A DNA stretch of 32,960 bases from assembly GCA_002049895.1 (NCBI GenBank), contig MVCW01000003.1, positions 1 through 32,960 of the forward strand. Reading direction: 5' to 3'. Position 1 is the stretch's first letter, and each line of letters starts with the position of its first letter. Positions 10,872 through 20,483 of this stretch are shown in pieces. Position numbers and translations under genes: made by a program. This DNA is from Candidatus Omnitrophica bacterium 4484_171 (GTDB lineage Bacteria; Omnitrophota; Gorgyraeia; Duberdicusellales; 4484-171). The notes beneath the pieces are model-generated. The model saw only the letters and a list, made by a program, of their open reading frames with translations. It was not told the origin of the DNA and made no database searches.

Positions 10872-11497
10872 ACGCTTACTCTTTTAATTGAAACTACTGC
10901 GCCTTGCGCGCCGGGTACAGCACCACAAATATATAAAATATTCTTCTCGCTGTCTACCTTTACTACTTTTAGGTTCTTTACAGTAACATAGGAATCACCC
11001 ATATGCCCCGGCATCTTAAGGCCTTTGATGATCCTGCCGGGAAAAGTTGTAGACCCCGAAGAGCCTATGCGGCGGTGAGTAGTAGAACCATGCGTCCTGG
11101 GTTGGCCCCGCCAGCCATGCCTCTTCATGCCGCCCTGAAACCCTCTGCCTTTGGACTTCGCCCTGACATCAACAAATTCTCCCTCTTTAAGAATATCTAC
11201 CCCTATTTCTTTCTTAGGTTCTATTTCGTTATCTTTTTCTACATCTACCTCTTTGACAATCTTGTAAGGCGGAACTCCTATTTTCTTAAAAAATCCTAAA
11301 AGAGGCTTTTTGACTTTGTTGATTTTATTATCAGAAACTTTAAAATAACCCACCCTTGCTTTTACACCCTCGGGATAGGTAACCTTTTCCAATATGCATG
11401 CCGGCTCTACCTCTAACGCGGTCACCCCGATAAAATCAGCGTTCTGGGCGAAAATCTGTGTCATACCTATTTTCTTTCCTAACAATTCCTTTATCAT
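10868..11497 (-). CDS. rplC: 50S ribosomal protein L3
   Basis: GKKIGMTQIF, SKGRGFQG, KMPGHMG, GAVPG. Start is ATG 11497 or TTG 11509 (uncertain). Confidence 0.95.
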   Translation of the reverse strand: MIKELLGKKIGMTQIFAQNADFIGVTALEVEPACILEKVTYPEGVKARVGYFKVSDNKINKVKKPLLGFFKKIGVPPYKIVKEVDVEKDNEIEPKKEIGVDILKEGEFVDVRAKSKGRGFQGGMKRHGWRGQPRTHGSTTHRRIGSSGSTTFPGRIIKGLKMPGHMGDSYVTVKNLKVVKVDSEKNILYICGAVPGAQGAVVSIKRVSV

Positions 11498-11566
11498 ACT
11501 GTTACTCAAACTTTGGCGCGCTTATTATGACGCTGCCTGCTATAGCAACATCGCCTGAGGACAGCG

Positions 11567-11586
11567 ATACCCTTACGGGCACAGGT
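11567..11586 (-). repeat. CCTGTGCCCGTRAGGGTR hairpin repeat, copy 1
   Basis: Reverse complement reads ACCTGTGCCCGTAAGGGTAT. Further copies at 11708-11741 and 28983-29000. Confidence 0.8.
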
Positions 11587-11602
11587 TAGAAGATGATTCC
11601 GG

Positions 11603-11634
11603 CCCTGTCTGCCGAAGCCTTGGCGCAGGCAGGG
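11603..11634. repeat. Palindromic element CCCTGTCTGC-CGAAGCCTTGGC-GCAGGCAGGG
   Basis: 10-bp stem with one T-G pair. Related to 46-111. Confidence 0.7.
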
Positions 11635-11707
11635 ATAAAAAACTAATGTTTTCAATCGTTGTCCTCTTATATTAATCTTTGTAATCAGGGACTGATGCAT
11701 TTTGTTT

Positions 11708-11741
11708 ATGCCCGTAAGGGTACCTGTGCCCGTGAGGGTGC
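11708..11741 (+). repeat. Two adjacent copies of the TGCCCGTRAGGGTR hairpin repeat
   Basis: ATGCCCGTAAGGGTAC followed by CTGTGCCCGTGAGGGTGC. Inverted relative to 11567-11586. Confidence 0.8.
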
Positions 11742-11874
11742 AACAGTCTCATTATAAAGAACACCAGCGCCTTATTTTAGCCGTTGGGACTGTAGATTTA
11801 TCCAATAATTTATTTGCCTCAAAAACGGGCAAAATTCCCCTCTCAAGCAATATCAACCAAGATTGTACTGCTTT

Positions 11875-12192
11875 TTAAACTTCCTGCTTTATTTCTACAT
11901 TTACGCCAGCGGGAAGATTCAGCTTCCTTAGGGCATCTATAGTCTTCGCAGTAGGGTTATCTAAATCAACAATCCTCTTATGAACAACCTGCATAAACTG
12001 TTCTCTTGACTTCTTGTCTATATTGGTTGAACGCAAGACAGTGTAAATTTTCTTTTTTGTAGGCAAAGGGATAGGACCGTTGATTTTGGCGCCCGTACGA
12101 AGAGCGACATCAGTAATCTCTTCTACGGACTGGTCAAGAATCCTATGGTCAAACGCCTTTAACTTGATACGTATCTTAAGCATCGCTGCCAA
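11875..12192 (-). CDS. rpsJ: 30S ribosomal protein S10
   Basis: [29 protein letters not shown]. Start is TTG 12192 or ATG 12183. Confidence 0.96.
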   Translation of the reverse strand: MAAMLKIRIKLKAFDHRILDQSVEEITDVALRTGAKINGPIPLPTKKKIYTVLRSTNIDKKSREQFMQVVHKRIVDLDNPTAKTIDALRKLNLPAGVNVEIKQEV

Positions 12193-12198
12193 TTGAAC

Positions 12199-13401
12199 TT
12201 ATTCCAATATTTCGGTTACCACGCCTGCGCCTACTGTCCTGCCGCCTTCACGTATGGCAAAACGCATCTCTTTTTCAATTGCTACAGGCTGAATCAAAGC
12301 AACTTCCACTTCAGCATTGTCTCCCGGCATAACCATTTCTACTCCCTGAGGAAGTTTCGCCGTTCCGGTAACATCCGTCGTCCGGATATAAAACTGCGGC
12401 CTGTAGCCAGAGAAGAAAGGAGTGTGCCTTCCGCCTTCTTCTTTCTTTAAAGCGTATATTTGCGCTTTGAACTTTGTATGGGGAGTAATAGACCCCGGTT
12501 TTGCTATTACCATACCTCTTTCAACCGCATCTTTCTCCACGCCTCTTAAAAGCAACCCTACATTATCTCCAGCTACACCCTCATCAAGTGTTTTTCTAAA
12601 CATCTCAATTCCGGTAACAACTGTTTTTCTCGTCTGGGGAGCAAGGCCGACAATTTCTATTTCCTCGCCTACTTTTACCTTTCCTCTCTCTACTCTTCCT
12701 GTAACGACAGTGCCTCTTCCGGAAATCGTAAAAACATCTTCTATAGCCATAAGAAACGGCTTATCAACATCCCTTTTTGGTGTCGGTATATATTCATCTA
12801 CCGCTTTCATTAAATCAAGAATGGGCTTGCATTTGGGACAATCTTCTTTGCCGCAGCCGCATTCCATAGCCTGAAGTGCTGACCCTTTTATTACAGGAAT
12901 CTGATCGCCGGCAAATTCATATTTAGAAAGAAGCTCCCTGACCTCAACTTCAACCAAATCAATAAGTTCCTTATCATCCATCTGGTCAACTTTGTTTATA
13001 AACACAACGATGGCTGGAACATTAACTTGACGCGACAAAAGAATATGCTCTCTTGTCTGGGGCATAGGCCCGTCTGTGGCAGCAACCACAAGAATAGAAC
13101 CATCCATCTGAGCGGCACCGGTAATCATGTTTTTGATATAGTCGGCATGGCCGGGACAGTCTATATGAGCGTAGTGGCGATTATCTGTTTCATACTCTAC
13201 ATGAGAAATATTAATTGTCAGGCCTCTTTCCTTTTCTTCAGGAGCCTTATCGATATCTTCATAAGCTAAAGCCTGAGCTTTACCTCTCGTAGATAAAATC
13301 TTTGTAATAGCACTTGTTAGCGTAGTTTTTCCATGGTCAACGTGGCCGATGGTGCCAATGTTTAAATGGGGTTTACTCCTTACAAATTTCTCTTTTCCCA
13401 T
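12199..13401 (-). CDS. tuf: Elongation factor Tu
   Basis: [33 protein letters not shown]. Strong AAGGAGGT SD. Confidence 0.98.
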   Translation of the reverse strand: MGKEKFVRSKPHLNIGTIGHVDHGKTTLTSAITKILSTRGKAQALAYEDIDKAPEEKERGLTINISHVEYETDNRHYAHIDCPGHADYIKNMITGAAQMDGSILVVAATDGPMPQTREHILLSRQVNVPAIVVFINKVDQMDDKELIDLVEVEVRELLSKYEFAGDQIPVIKGSALQAMECGCGKEDCPKCKPILDLMKAVDEYIPTPKRDVDKPFLMAIEDVFTISGRGTVVTGRVERGKVKVGEEIEIVGLAPQTRKTVVTGIEMFRKTLDEGVAGDNVGLLLRGVEKDAVERGMVIAKPGSITPHTKFKAQIYALKKEEGGRHTPFFSGYRPQFYIRTTDVTGTAKLPQGVEMVMPGDNAEVEVALIQPVAIEKEMRFAIREGGRTVGAGVVTEILE

Positions 13402-13418
13402 TCTCCACCTCCTTTTAC

Positions 13419-13456
13419 CATCGCTAAGCTATTGGACTGCCAATAGGATAGCGATG
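13419..13456 (-). promoter_or_regulatory. Long hairpin immediately upstream of the tuf SD
   Basis: Plus strand CATCGCTA-ag-CTATTGG-actg-CCAATAG-ga-TAGCGATG, with 8+7 bp perfect arms and no U-tract. Confidence 0.5.
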
Positions 13457-13468
13457 ACTAAATTAATC

Positions 13469-15529
13469 TTATATACCTAATATTTTTATAAGCACATCAT
13501 TGGGAACTTTATCATAGTAGAAAGGCTCTATTGTATACGAAGCTCTTCCCTGTGTCAAGTTCCTTAATGTATCGGCATAATCAAAAACTTCTCTTAAAGG
13601 TACTTCTGACCTAACCGTCTTGACATTTTTCCTTTCCGCAATAGAAGTAATCTTCGCCCGGCGTGTATTTAAATCTGCGATTACCTGACTAAGGTATTCT
13701 ATCGGAGTAACAACCTCCAAGTCCATTATGGGCTCAAGTAAAACAGGCCCTGCTTTCTTTAAGCCATCTTTAAAAGCTATTTCTGCCGCGATTTTAAAAG
13801 AAAGCTCACTGGAATCAACTTCGTGAAACGAACCGTCTATAAGAGTTGCCTTAATATCAGTAACCGGATATCCTCCGAGTACGCCCGAGTTAGCAGCATC
13901 AAGCGTACCTTCCTTAACGAAAGGTATGAATTCCCGGGGAATAATACCTCCTTTTATTTTATTCTCGAATATAACACCTCCCTTCTTATTCGGTTCTATA
14001 AGTAAAACTACATGGCCGTATTGCCCATGCCCTCCTGTCTGCTGTACAAATTTACCAGTTGACTCAACTCTTTTGGTAATTGTCTCTTTGTAAGCAACTT
14101 GGGGTTTTCCAACGCGCGCCTGAACTTTAAAATCACTCAATAGCCTTTCAACCATAACCTCAAGATGAAGCTGCCCCATTCCCGATATTACATTCTGGCC
14201 TGTATCAGAATTGTATGACACCCTAAAAGAGGGGTCCTCCGCTTCCAGCTTTTTTAATGCCGTAAATAATTTATCCTGGTCAGCTTTTGTCTTCGGCTCT
14301 ATCGCTAAAGACACAACCGGTTCAGGAAACTTTATTTCTTCAAGAAGCAAAGGAAACTTTTCATCACACAGAGTATCTCCTGTCGCAGTGTTTTTAAATC
14401 CCACAAGGCAAACAATATCTCCCGCTTTTGCAGAGTTTACTATTTCTTGTTTATTCGCATGCATTCTAACAATTTTTGTTATTTTTTCTTTCATTTTCTT
14501 TGTAGCATTATACACACTGGACGCTGTCTTAACGCTTCCCGAATAGATTCTTGTATAAAAAAGCTTGCCTACAAAAGGATCAGTAAAAACTTTAAAACAC
14601 AGAGCACAAAGCGGAGATTTACAATCAACTTCTATTTCCTCAATCTCGTTCTTAGACGGCTTCATCCCCTTGACAATTTTCAAATCAAGAGGAGAAGGCA
14701 GAAAATTACACACCGCATCCAAAAGAAGCTGTATGCCTTTGTTCTTAAGAGCGGACCCGCAAAGAACAGGATGAAACCTGTTTGTAATTACAAACCTTCT
14801 GATTGCGCTTATGATGTCCTGCGTCGATAACTTATCCTGTGTGATAAACTTATTCATAAACTCATCATCAATTTCGGCCATCTTCTCAAGAAGTTCATCC
14901 CGTGCGGACTGAGCTTCCTTTTCTAAATAAGATGGTATTTCCCTGCGGGATACCTTCTCGCCAAGCTCATCTTCGTAATAAACTGCTTCATTGTTTATCA
15001 AATCCACAATACCCACAAAATCATCATTCTCGTATATAGGCAGTTGTACCGCAGCTGCATTAGCACCGAGCTTATCTCTCATTTCAGCTACTACATTCAT
15101 AAAATCTGCTCCAGCTCTATCCATCTTGTTAACAAAGGCTATACGAGAAACATGGTATTTATCAGCCTGGCGCCATACGGTTTCTGACTGGGGCTCTACA
15201 CCTCCCACTGCACAAAATATCACCACTGCACCATCGAGAACTTTTAAAGCGCGTTCTACTTCAACAGTAAAATCTATGTGGCCGGGAGTATCAATAATAT
15301 TTATGTTGTAATCCTTCCATTTACAATACGTAGCGGCACTGGTTATAGTAATTCCGCGTTCTCTCTCCTGAGGCATCCAATCTGTTGTGGCAGTACCCTC
15401 ATCCACTTCACCGATTTTATATACTCTGCCGCTGTAAAAAAGAATCCGCTCAGTAGTAGTAGTCTTGCCTGCGTCTATATGAGCGACGAACCCGATATTT
15501 CTTGTAAGCCCTGCGTCTTCCTTTCTCAT
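13469..15529 (-). CDS. fusA: Elongation factor G
   Basis: [32 protein letters not shown]. Likely start is ATG 15529, although the frame stays open to 15631. Confidence 0.96.
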   Translation of the reverse strand: MRKEDAGLTRNIGFVAHIDAGKTTTTERILFYSGRVYKIGEVDEGTATTDWMPQERERGITITSAATYCKWKDYNINIIDTPGHIDFTVEVERALKVLDGAVVIFCAVGGVEPQSETVWRQADKYHVSRIAFVNKMDRAGADFMNVVAEMRDKLGANAAAVQLPIYENDDFVGIVDLINNEAVYYEDELGEKVSRREIPSYLEKEAQSARDELLEKMAEIDDEFMNKFITQDKLSTQDIISAIRRFVITNRFHPVLCGSALKNKGIQLLLDAVCNFLPSPLDLKIVKGMKPSKNEIEEIEVDCKSPLCALCFKVFTDPFVGKLFYTRIYSGSVKTASSVYNATKKMKEKITKIVRMHANKQEIVNSAKAGDIVCLVGFKNTATGDTLCDEKFPLLLEEIKFPEPVVSLAIEPKTKADQDKLFTALKKLEAEDPSFRVSYNSDTGQNVISGMGQLHLEVMVERLLSDFKVQARVGKPQVAYKETITKRVESTGKFVQQTGGHGQYGHVVLLIEPNKKGGVIFENKIKGGIIPREFIPFVKEGTLDAANSGVLGGYPVTDIKATLIDGSFHEVDSSELSFKIAAEIAFKDGLKKAGPVLLEPIMDLEVVTPIEYLSQVIADLNTRRAKITSIAERKNVKTVRSEVPLREVFDYADTLRNLTQGRASYTIEPFYYDKVPNDVLIKILGI

Positions 15530-15653
15530 AATACATTCATTTGCTTTAACGCCTAATCCGTAAAATTTACAGCCTAAGCTTTCCCTATTGTCCTTATAAA
15601 CTTCTTTTCTTAAAGCAGCGATATAACCCATCTATTATAAACCCCAAGATGTA

Positions 15654-16121
15654 TTAAAACCTGAAATGAGCAAACGCTCTATTTGACTCTGCCATTTTAT
15701 GTGTATCTTCTTTCTTCTTTATAACCGCCCCTTCGTTCTTATAAGCAGAAATTATTTCATCTGCGAGCTTAACACTCATAGGCTTGCCTTTTTTATTGCG
15801 GGCAAAATCTCTTATCCATCTTAAAGCTATAGATACACCTCTTTGTTTAGAAACTTCCATAGGAACCTGATACGTCGCCCCGCCAATTCTTCTCGGCTTT
15901 ACCTGAAGACGCGGACGAGCATTGTCCAGGGCATCGAAGAATACTTTCAAAGAATCCTCTTTAGTTTTCCTGCCTACAATATCCAAAGCACTATATATTA
16001 TGCGTTGAGAAACACTTTTCTTGCCATCACGCATAATTATATTTATAAAATTGCTTAAAACCTCTGAATTATATTTAGGATCTTTCCTGATATCTCTCTT
16101 AGGAGCTCTTCTTCTCCTCAT
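15654..16121 (-). CDS. rpsG: 30S ribosomal protein S7
   Basis: DGKKS, RRIGGATYQVP, HKMAESNRAFAHFRF. Confidence 0.97.
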   Translation of the reverse strand: MRRRRAPKRDIRKDPKYNSEVLSNFINIIMRDGKKSVSQRIIYSALDIVGRKTKEDSLKVFFDALDNARPRLQVKPRRIGGATYQVPMEVSKQRGVSIALRWIRDFARNKKGKPMSVKLADEIISAYKNEGAVIKKKEDTHKMAESNRAFAHFRF

Positions 16122-16143
16122 TTTTACCCTCCGGAATTATATT

Positions 16144-16521
16144 TTATCCCTTCTTAGGTTTCTTGGCACCGTATTTGGAACGTGACTTCTTTCTGTTCTG
16201 TACGCCCTGAGTATCAAGCGCCCCTCTCACAATATGATAACGTACTCCGGGAAGGTCCTTAACTCTGCCGCCACGCACCAAAACTATTGAATGCTCCTGG
16301 AGGTTGTGCCCTTCGCCCGGTATATAACTTGTGACCTCTTCTGAATTAGTCAAACGTACACGGGAAATCTTACGTAATGCTGAATTGGGCTTCTTAGGCG
16401 TCATTGTACGAACCTGGATACACACCCCTCTTTTCTGAGGACATTTTCTCAATGCTGGTGACTTTGACTTTCTTTTCTTAGAAACCCTTGACTTTCTCAA
16501 TAATTGTGCTATTGTTGGCAT
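16144..16521 (-). CDS. rpsL: 30S ribosomal protein S12
   Basis: [36 protein letters not shown]. Confidence 0.98.
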   Translation of the reverse strand: MPTIAQLLRKSRVSKKRKSKSPALRKCPQKRGVCIQVRTMTPKKPNSALRKISRVRLTNSEEVTSYIPGEGHNLQEHSIVLVRGGRVKDLPGVRYHIVRGALDTQGVQNRKKSRSKYGAKKPKKG

Positions 16522-19500
16522 TTTTCCACCTCAATTTCTCTATACATTTTCAAACCGGTACCTGCAGGAACAAGATGCCCTACAATGACGTTTTCCTTTA
16601 AACCATTTAACTCATCTACCTTGCCGCTGCTAGCAGCTTCAGTTAATACCCGTGCTGTTTCCTGAAAACTGGCCGCCGATATAAAGCTCTTTGTGCTCAG
16701 GGAAGCCTTGGTAATCCCAAGAAGCAGCGGCGCGGCTGTAGCCGGTTTGCCGCCTTTCTTTAATACTTTGGCGTTTTCATCCTTAAAATCCCATTTGTCT
16801 ACTCCTTCGCCGGGCAAGAACCGGGTATCGCCGGCATCGACTATTCTTACCTTCTTAAGCATTTCTCTTATAATCAATTCAATATGCTTATCGTTTATAG
16901 TGACTCCCTGCAGACGGTATATCTCCTGAACTTCATTAACCAAATATTCCTGTAATACCTTATCGCCACATACACGCAAAATATCCTGTAAAACTATAGG
17001 GCCTTCGGTAAGCTGCTGTCCTGCTGTAACCTTATCTCCTTTATAAACTACAGGATGTGTGCCTGTAGGAATAGTATATTCCCTATGCATACCGGTAGTG
17101 CTTCTTATAATTATTTTTCTCTCTCCTTTTTCTTCCTTAAACTCCACAAAACCGTCTATTTCACTTATAATAGCAGGATTCTTTGGCTTTCGTGCTTCAA
17201 ACAGCTCTGCCACGCGGGGAAGGCCTCCTGTAATATCCTTTGTTTTAGCTACTAACCGCGGCGTTTTCGCGATGATGTCTCCTGCTTCAACGGTGCTATT
17301 TTCTTCACACATTATATGAGCCCCTGTAGAAACAGGATAAATACCTAAAACCTCATCCTTATCAGATAAGATTATAATCTGAGGATGATAGTCGCCTTTA
17401 AACTCAATTACCACCCTCTCTTTTCTCCCTGTAGCCAAATTCATTTCTTCCTGTATCGTTATTCCTTCTATTATATCTTCATATTTTACCTTACCGCTGA
17501 CTTCTGTAAGGATAGGTGAAGAATATGGATCCCAGCGTACAAATATTTTATCCTTGATAACCTTTGCTCCATCCTCAACAAATATAAACGAACCTTGAGG
17601 AACGGGATTACGCTGCAGCTCTATGCCCTTGTCGCCGGTAATAGTTATCATGCCGTTACGGTTAAGTACAATGAAATTATTCCCTTTTGTTACAACTTTC
17701 AAGCCATGATATTTAACAATCCCTGTTTCGCGTGCTTTAAGAAAAGATGACTCTGCCACTCTTGATGCCGTTCCGCCTATATGAAATGTCCTCATTGTAA
17801 GCTGTGTTCCTGGTTCTCCTATTGACTGTGCCGCGATTACGCCTACTGCCTCGCCTATTTCTACCATTTTACCTGTGGATAAATTTCTACCGTAGCATTT
17901 TGCGCACACTCCTCTTCCCGACTCACAGGTAAGAACACTTCTTATTCTTATCTTCTCTATCCCAAGTTTCTCTATTTTATTGGCTTTCTCTTCTACTATT
18001 TCTTCTCCCGCCTTTACGATAACCTCATCACTCACTATATCAACAATGTTATCCAGTGCTACGCGGCCTACAATTCTTTCCTTGAGAGAAACCACAACCT
18101 CATCTCCTTCTACAATCTCAGAAACAGTAATGCCGTTTACTGTCCCGCAATCCTCTTCTATCACGATTACTTCCTGAGCAACATCAACAAGCCTCCTTGT
18201 AAGATAGCCGGCATCCGCGGTTTTTAAAGCTGTGTCGGCAAGGCCTTTTCTTGCACCATGGGTAGAAATAAAATACTCCAAAACCGACAGCCCTTCCCTA
18301 AAATTTGAAATAATCGGTATCTCAATTATTTCACCAGAAGGCTTAGCCATGAGCCCCCGCATTCCTGCCAATTGCCGCATCTGCAAACGCGAGCCTCTTG
18401 CCCCGGAATCCGCCATCATAAATATAGGATTGAAAAAATCAAGGTTCTTGAAAACATAATCAGAAACTTTATCAGTGGTCCTTGTCCATATATCTATGAT
18501 CTTATTATGCCGCTCGCGTTCAGTAATAATTCCTCTTTTGTACTGTTCCTCAACTTTATTTAATTCCGAGTTTGCATCATTAATACATTCAGTTTTTTGG
18601 GGAGGAATATCCAAATCTGACATCCCTATGCTTACTCCGCCTTGTGTTGCATATTCAAAACCTAACGATTTAATGTTATCTAAGAGTGTTATAGTGGCGT
18701 TCCTGCCAAAATTCTTGTAGCATTCGCTCACAATGCTTGATATCTTCTTCTTATTAAGTATCTCGTTTACAAATCTAAACCCTTCAGGAAGAACTTCATT
18801 AAAAAGTATTCTTCCCATTGTAGTCTCTACTATCCTTGAGGCATCGCCTTCTTTTATCCTTAGCTTTATTTTCGCATGTAAATCCAATTCCTCATCCTGA
18901 TAAGCGGTAACCGCTTCCTCGGTATTTGAAAAAATCATCCCTTCGCCCTTAGCGCCTTCTTTCTCAACGCTCAAGAAGCGGCACCCAAGGATTATATCCT
19001 GGCTGGGAGTTATTATCGGCTTGCCATCGGCAGGAGAAAAGATATTGTTGACAGAAAGCATCATGACTTTAGCCTCAGCCTGTGCTTCCAAAGACAGAGG
19101 GACGTGTACTGCCATTTGGTCTCCATCAAAATCAGCGTTAAAAGGAGCACATACTAAAGGATGCAGCTTTATGGCTTTCCCTTCTACTAAAACAGGATAA
19201 AAGGCCTGAATACTCAAACGGTGCAATGTAGGAGCTCTGTTAAGCATAACAGGATATCCTCTTATAACTTCTTCAAGTATATCCCACACTTCTACTCTCG
19301 CTCTCTCCACCATTCTTCTCGCACCTCTTATGGTATGGACAAAACCTCTCTCTTTCAATTTCCTTATGATAAACGGCTCAAACAACTCCAATGCCATCTG
19401 TTTGGGAAGGCCGCATTCGTAAAGTTTTAACTCCGGGCCTACAACTATAACGCTCCTTCCGGAATAATCTACACGTTTACCCAAAAGATTCTGCCTAAAG

Positions 19501-20483
19501 CGCCCCTGTTTACCTTTAAGCATGTCCGAAAGACTCTTTAGAGGCCTGTTCTGAGGGCCCATAACCGGACGTCCATGACGCCCGTTTTCTAAAAGAGCAT
19601 CTACTGCTTCCTGAAGCATTCTTTTCTCGTTGCGTATAATAACTTCCGGCGCTCCTAAACTCATAAGTTTTTTAAGCCGGTTGTTTCTGTTGATAACCCT
19701 CCGGTAAAGATCATTAAGGTCGGAAGAGGCAAATCTTCCTCCGTCTAGAGAAACTAACGGCCGTAAATCAGGCGGTATCACCGGTATTGCTTCTAGAATC
19801 ATCCACTCAGGGCTATTCCCCGAACGCCTAAACTCTTCAACTACTTTAATACGTTTAAGAAGCCGTTTTGTGGCAGCTGCTGTTTTTGCGGCAGACAACT
19901 CTTTGCGTATACTCCGGCTGAGTTTGTCCAAATCAATCTCTTTCAGCAAATCCTTAATTGCTTCTGCTCCAATCTTTATTTTCACACTATTTTTGTATTC
20001 TTTCAAAGCTTTCTGATATTCTTCTTCATTCAAAAGCTGTTTTTTCTTAAAAGGCGCATCTTGAGGGTCTATAACAACATGCTGCTCATAATAAATAACC
20101 TTTTCTAAATCCCGCAAACCCATATCCAAGATATATGCGAGACGCGAAGGCACTACCTTAAAAAACCATATATGGGTTACCGGCGCAGCAAGATTAATAT
20201 GGCCCATGCGCTGGCGCCGGGCCGAAGAATGAATAATCTCCACTCCGCACCGGTCACATTTAGACCCTTTGAATTTAATACCTTTAAGCTTACCGCAATG
20301 ACACTCCCAGTCTCTCACCGGGCCGAATATCCTTTCACAGAAAAGCCCGTCTTTCTCCGGCTTAAGAGTGCGGTAGTTTAAGGTTTCTGCTTTTTTGACT
20401 TCTCCATGGGACCATGATTTTATAACTTCCGGGGAAGCAAGCCTGATACTGACCCGGTCAAAGAAACTTACTCCTTTAATCAT
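16509..20483 (-). CDS. rpoC: RNA polymerase beta' subunit
   Basis: [11 protein letters not shown]-terminal Zn finger, catalytic [23 protein letters not shown]. Confidence 0.98.
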   Translation of the reverse strand: MIKGVSFFDRVSIRLASPEVIKSWSHGEVKKAETLNYRTLKPEKDGLFCERIFGPVRDWECHCGKLKGIKFKGSKCDRCGVEIIHSSARRQRMGHINLAAPVTHIWFFKVVPSRLAYILDMGLRDLEKVIYYEQHVVIDPQDAPFKKKQLLNEEEYQKALKEYKNSVKIKIGAEAIKDLLKEIDLDKLSRSIRKELSAAKTAAATKRLLKRIKVVEEFRRSGNSPEWMILEAIPVIPPDLRPLVSLDGGRFASSDLNDLYRRVINRNNRLKKLMSLGAPEVIIRNEKRMLQEAVDALLENGRHGRPVMGPQNRPLKSLSDMLKGKQGRFRQNLLGKRVDYSGRSVIVVGPELKLYECGLPKQMALELFEPFIIRKLKERGFVHTIRGARRMVERARVEVWDILEEVIRGYPVMLNRAPTLHRLSIQAFYPVLVEGKAIKLHPLVCAPFNADFDGDQMAVHVPLSLEAQAEAKVMMLSVNNIFSPADGKPIITPSQDIILGCRFLSVEKEGAKGEGMIFSNTEEAVTAYQDEELDLHAKIKLRIKEGDASRIVETTMGRILFNEVLPEGFRFVNEILNKKKISSIVSECYKNFGRNATITLLDNIKSLGFEYATQGGVSIGMSDLDIPPQKTECINDANSELNKVEEQYKRGIITERERHNKIIDIWTRTTDKVSDYVFKNLDFFNPIFMMADSGARGSRLQMRQLAGMRGLMAKPSGEIIEIPIISNFREGLSVLEYFISTHGARKGLADTALKTADAGYLTRRLVDVAQEVIVIEEDCGTVNGITVSEIVEGDEVVVSLKERIVGRVALDNIVDIVSDEVIVKAGEEIVEEKANKIEKLGIEKIRIRSVLTCESGRGVCAKCYGRNLSTGKMVEIGEAVGVIAAQSIGEPGTQLTMRTFHIGGTASRVAESSFLKARETGIVKYHGLKVVTKGNNFIVLNRNGMITITGDKGIELQRNPVPQGSFIFVEDGAKVIKDKIFVRWDPYSSPILTEVSGKVKYEDIIEGITIQEEMNLATGRKERVVIEFKGDYHPQIIILSDKDEVLGIYPVSTGAHIMCEENSTVEAGDIIAKTPRLVAKTKDITGGLPRVAELFEARKPKNPAIISEIDGFVEFKEEKGERKIIIRSTTGMHREYTIPTGTHPVVYKGDKVTAGQQLTEGPIVLQDILRVCGDKVLQEYLVNEVQEIYRLQGVTINDKHIELIIREMLKKVRIVDAGDTRFLPGEGVDKWDFKDENAKVLKKGGKPATAAPLLLGITKASLSTKSFISAASFQETARVLTEAASSGKVDELNGLKENVIVGHLVPAGTGLKMYREIEVEKCQQ

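Noticed and set aside
11506-11700. 64-aa minus-strand ORF ending at the rplC start
   Set aside because: It reads through two palindromic repeats, has no clear SD and resembles no protein I recognise. A leader peptide cannot be fully excluded.
11751-11756. TATAAT on the minus strand in the rpsJ-rplC spacer
   Set aside because: No matching -35 or extended -10 TG.
15530-15631. 34-aa N-terminal extension of EF-G
   Set aside because: EF-G homology begins at M35 ([13 protein letters not shown]). The extension is probably a chance open frame in the rpsG-fusA spacer.
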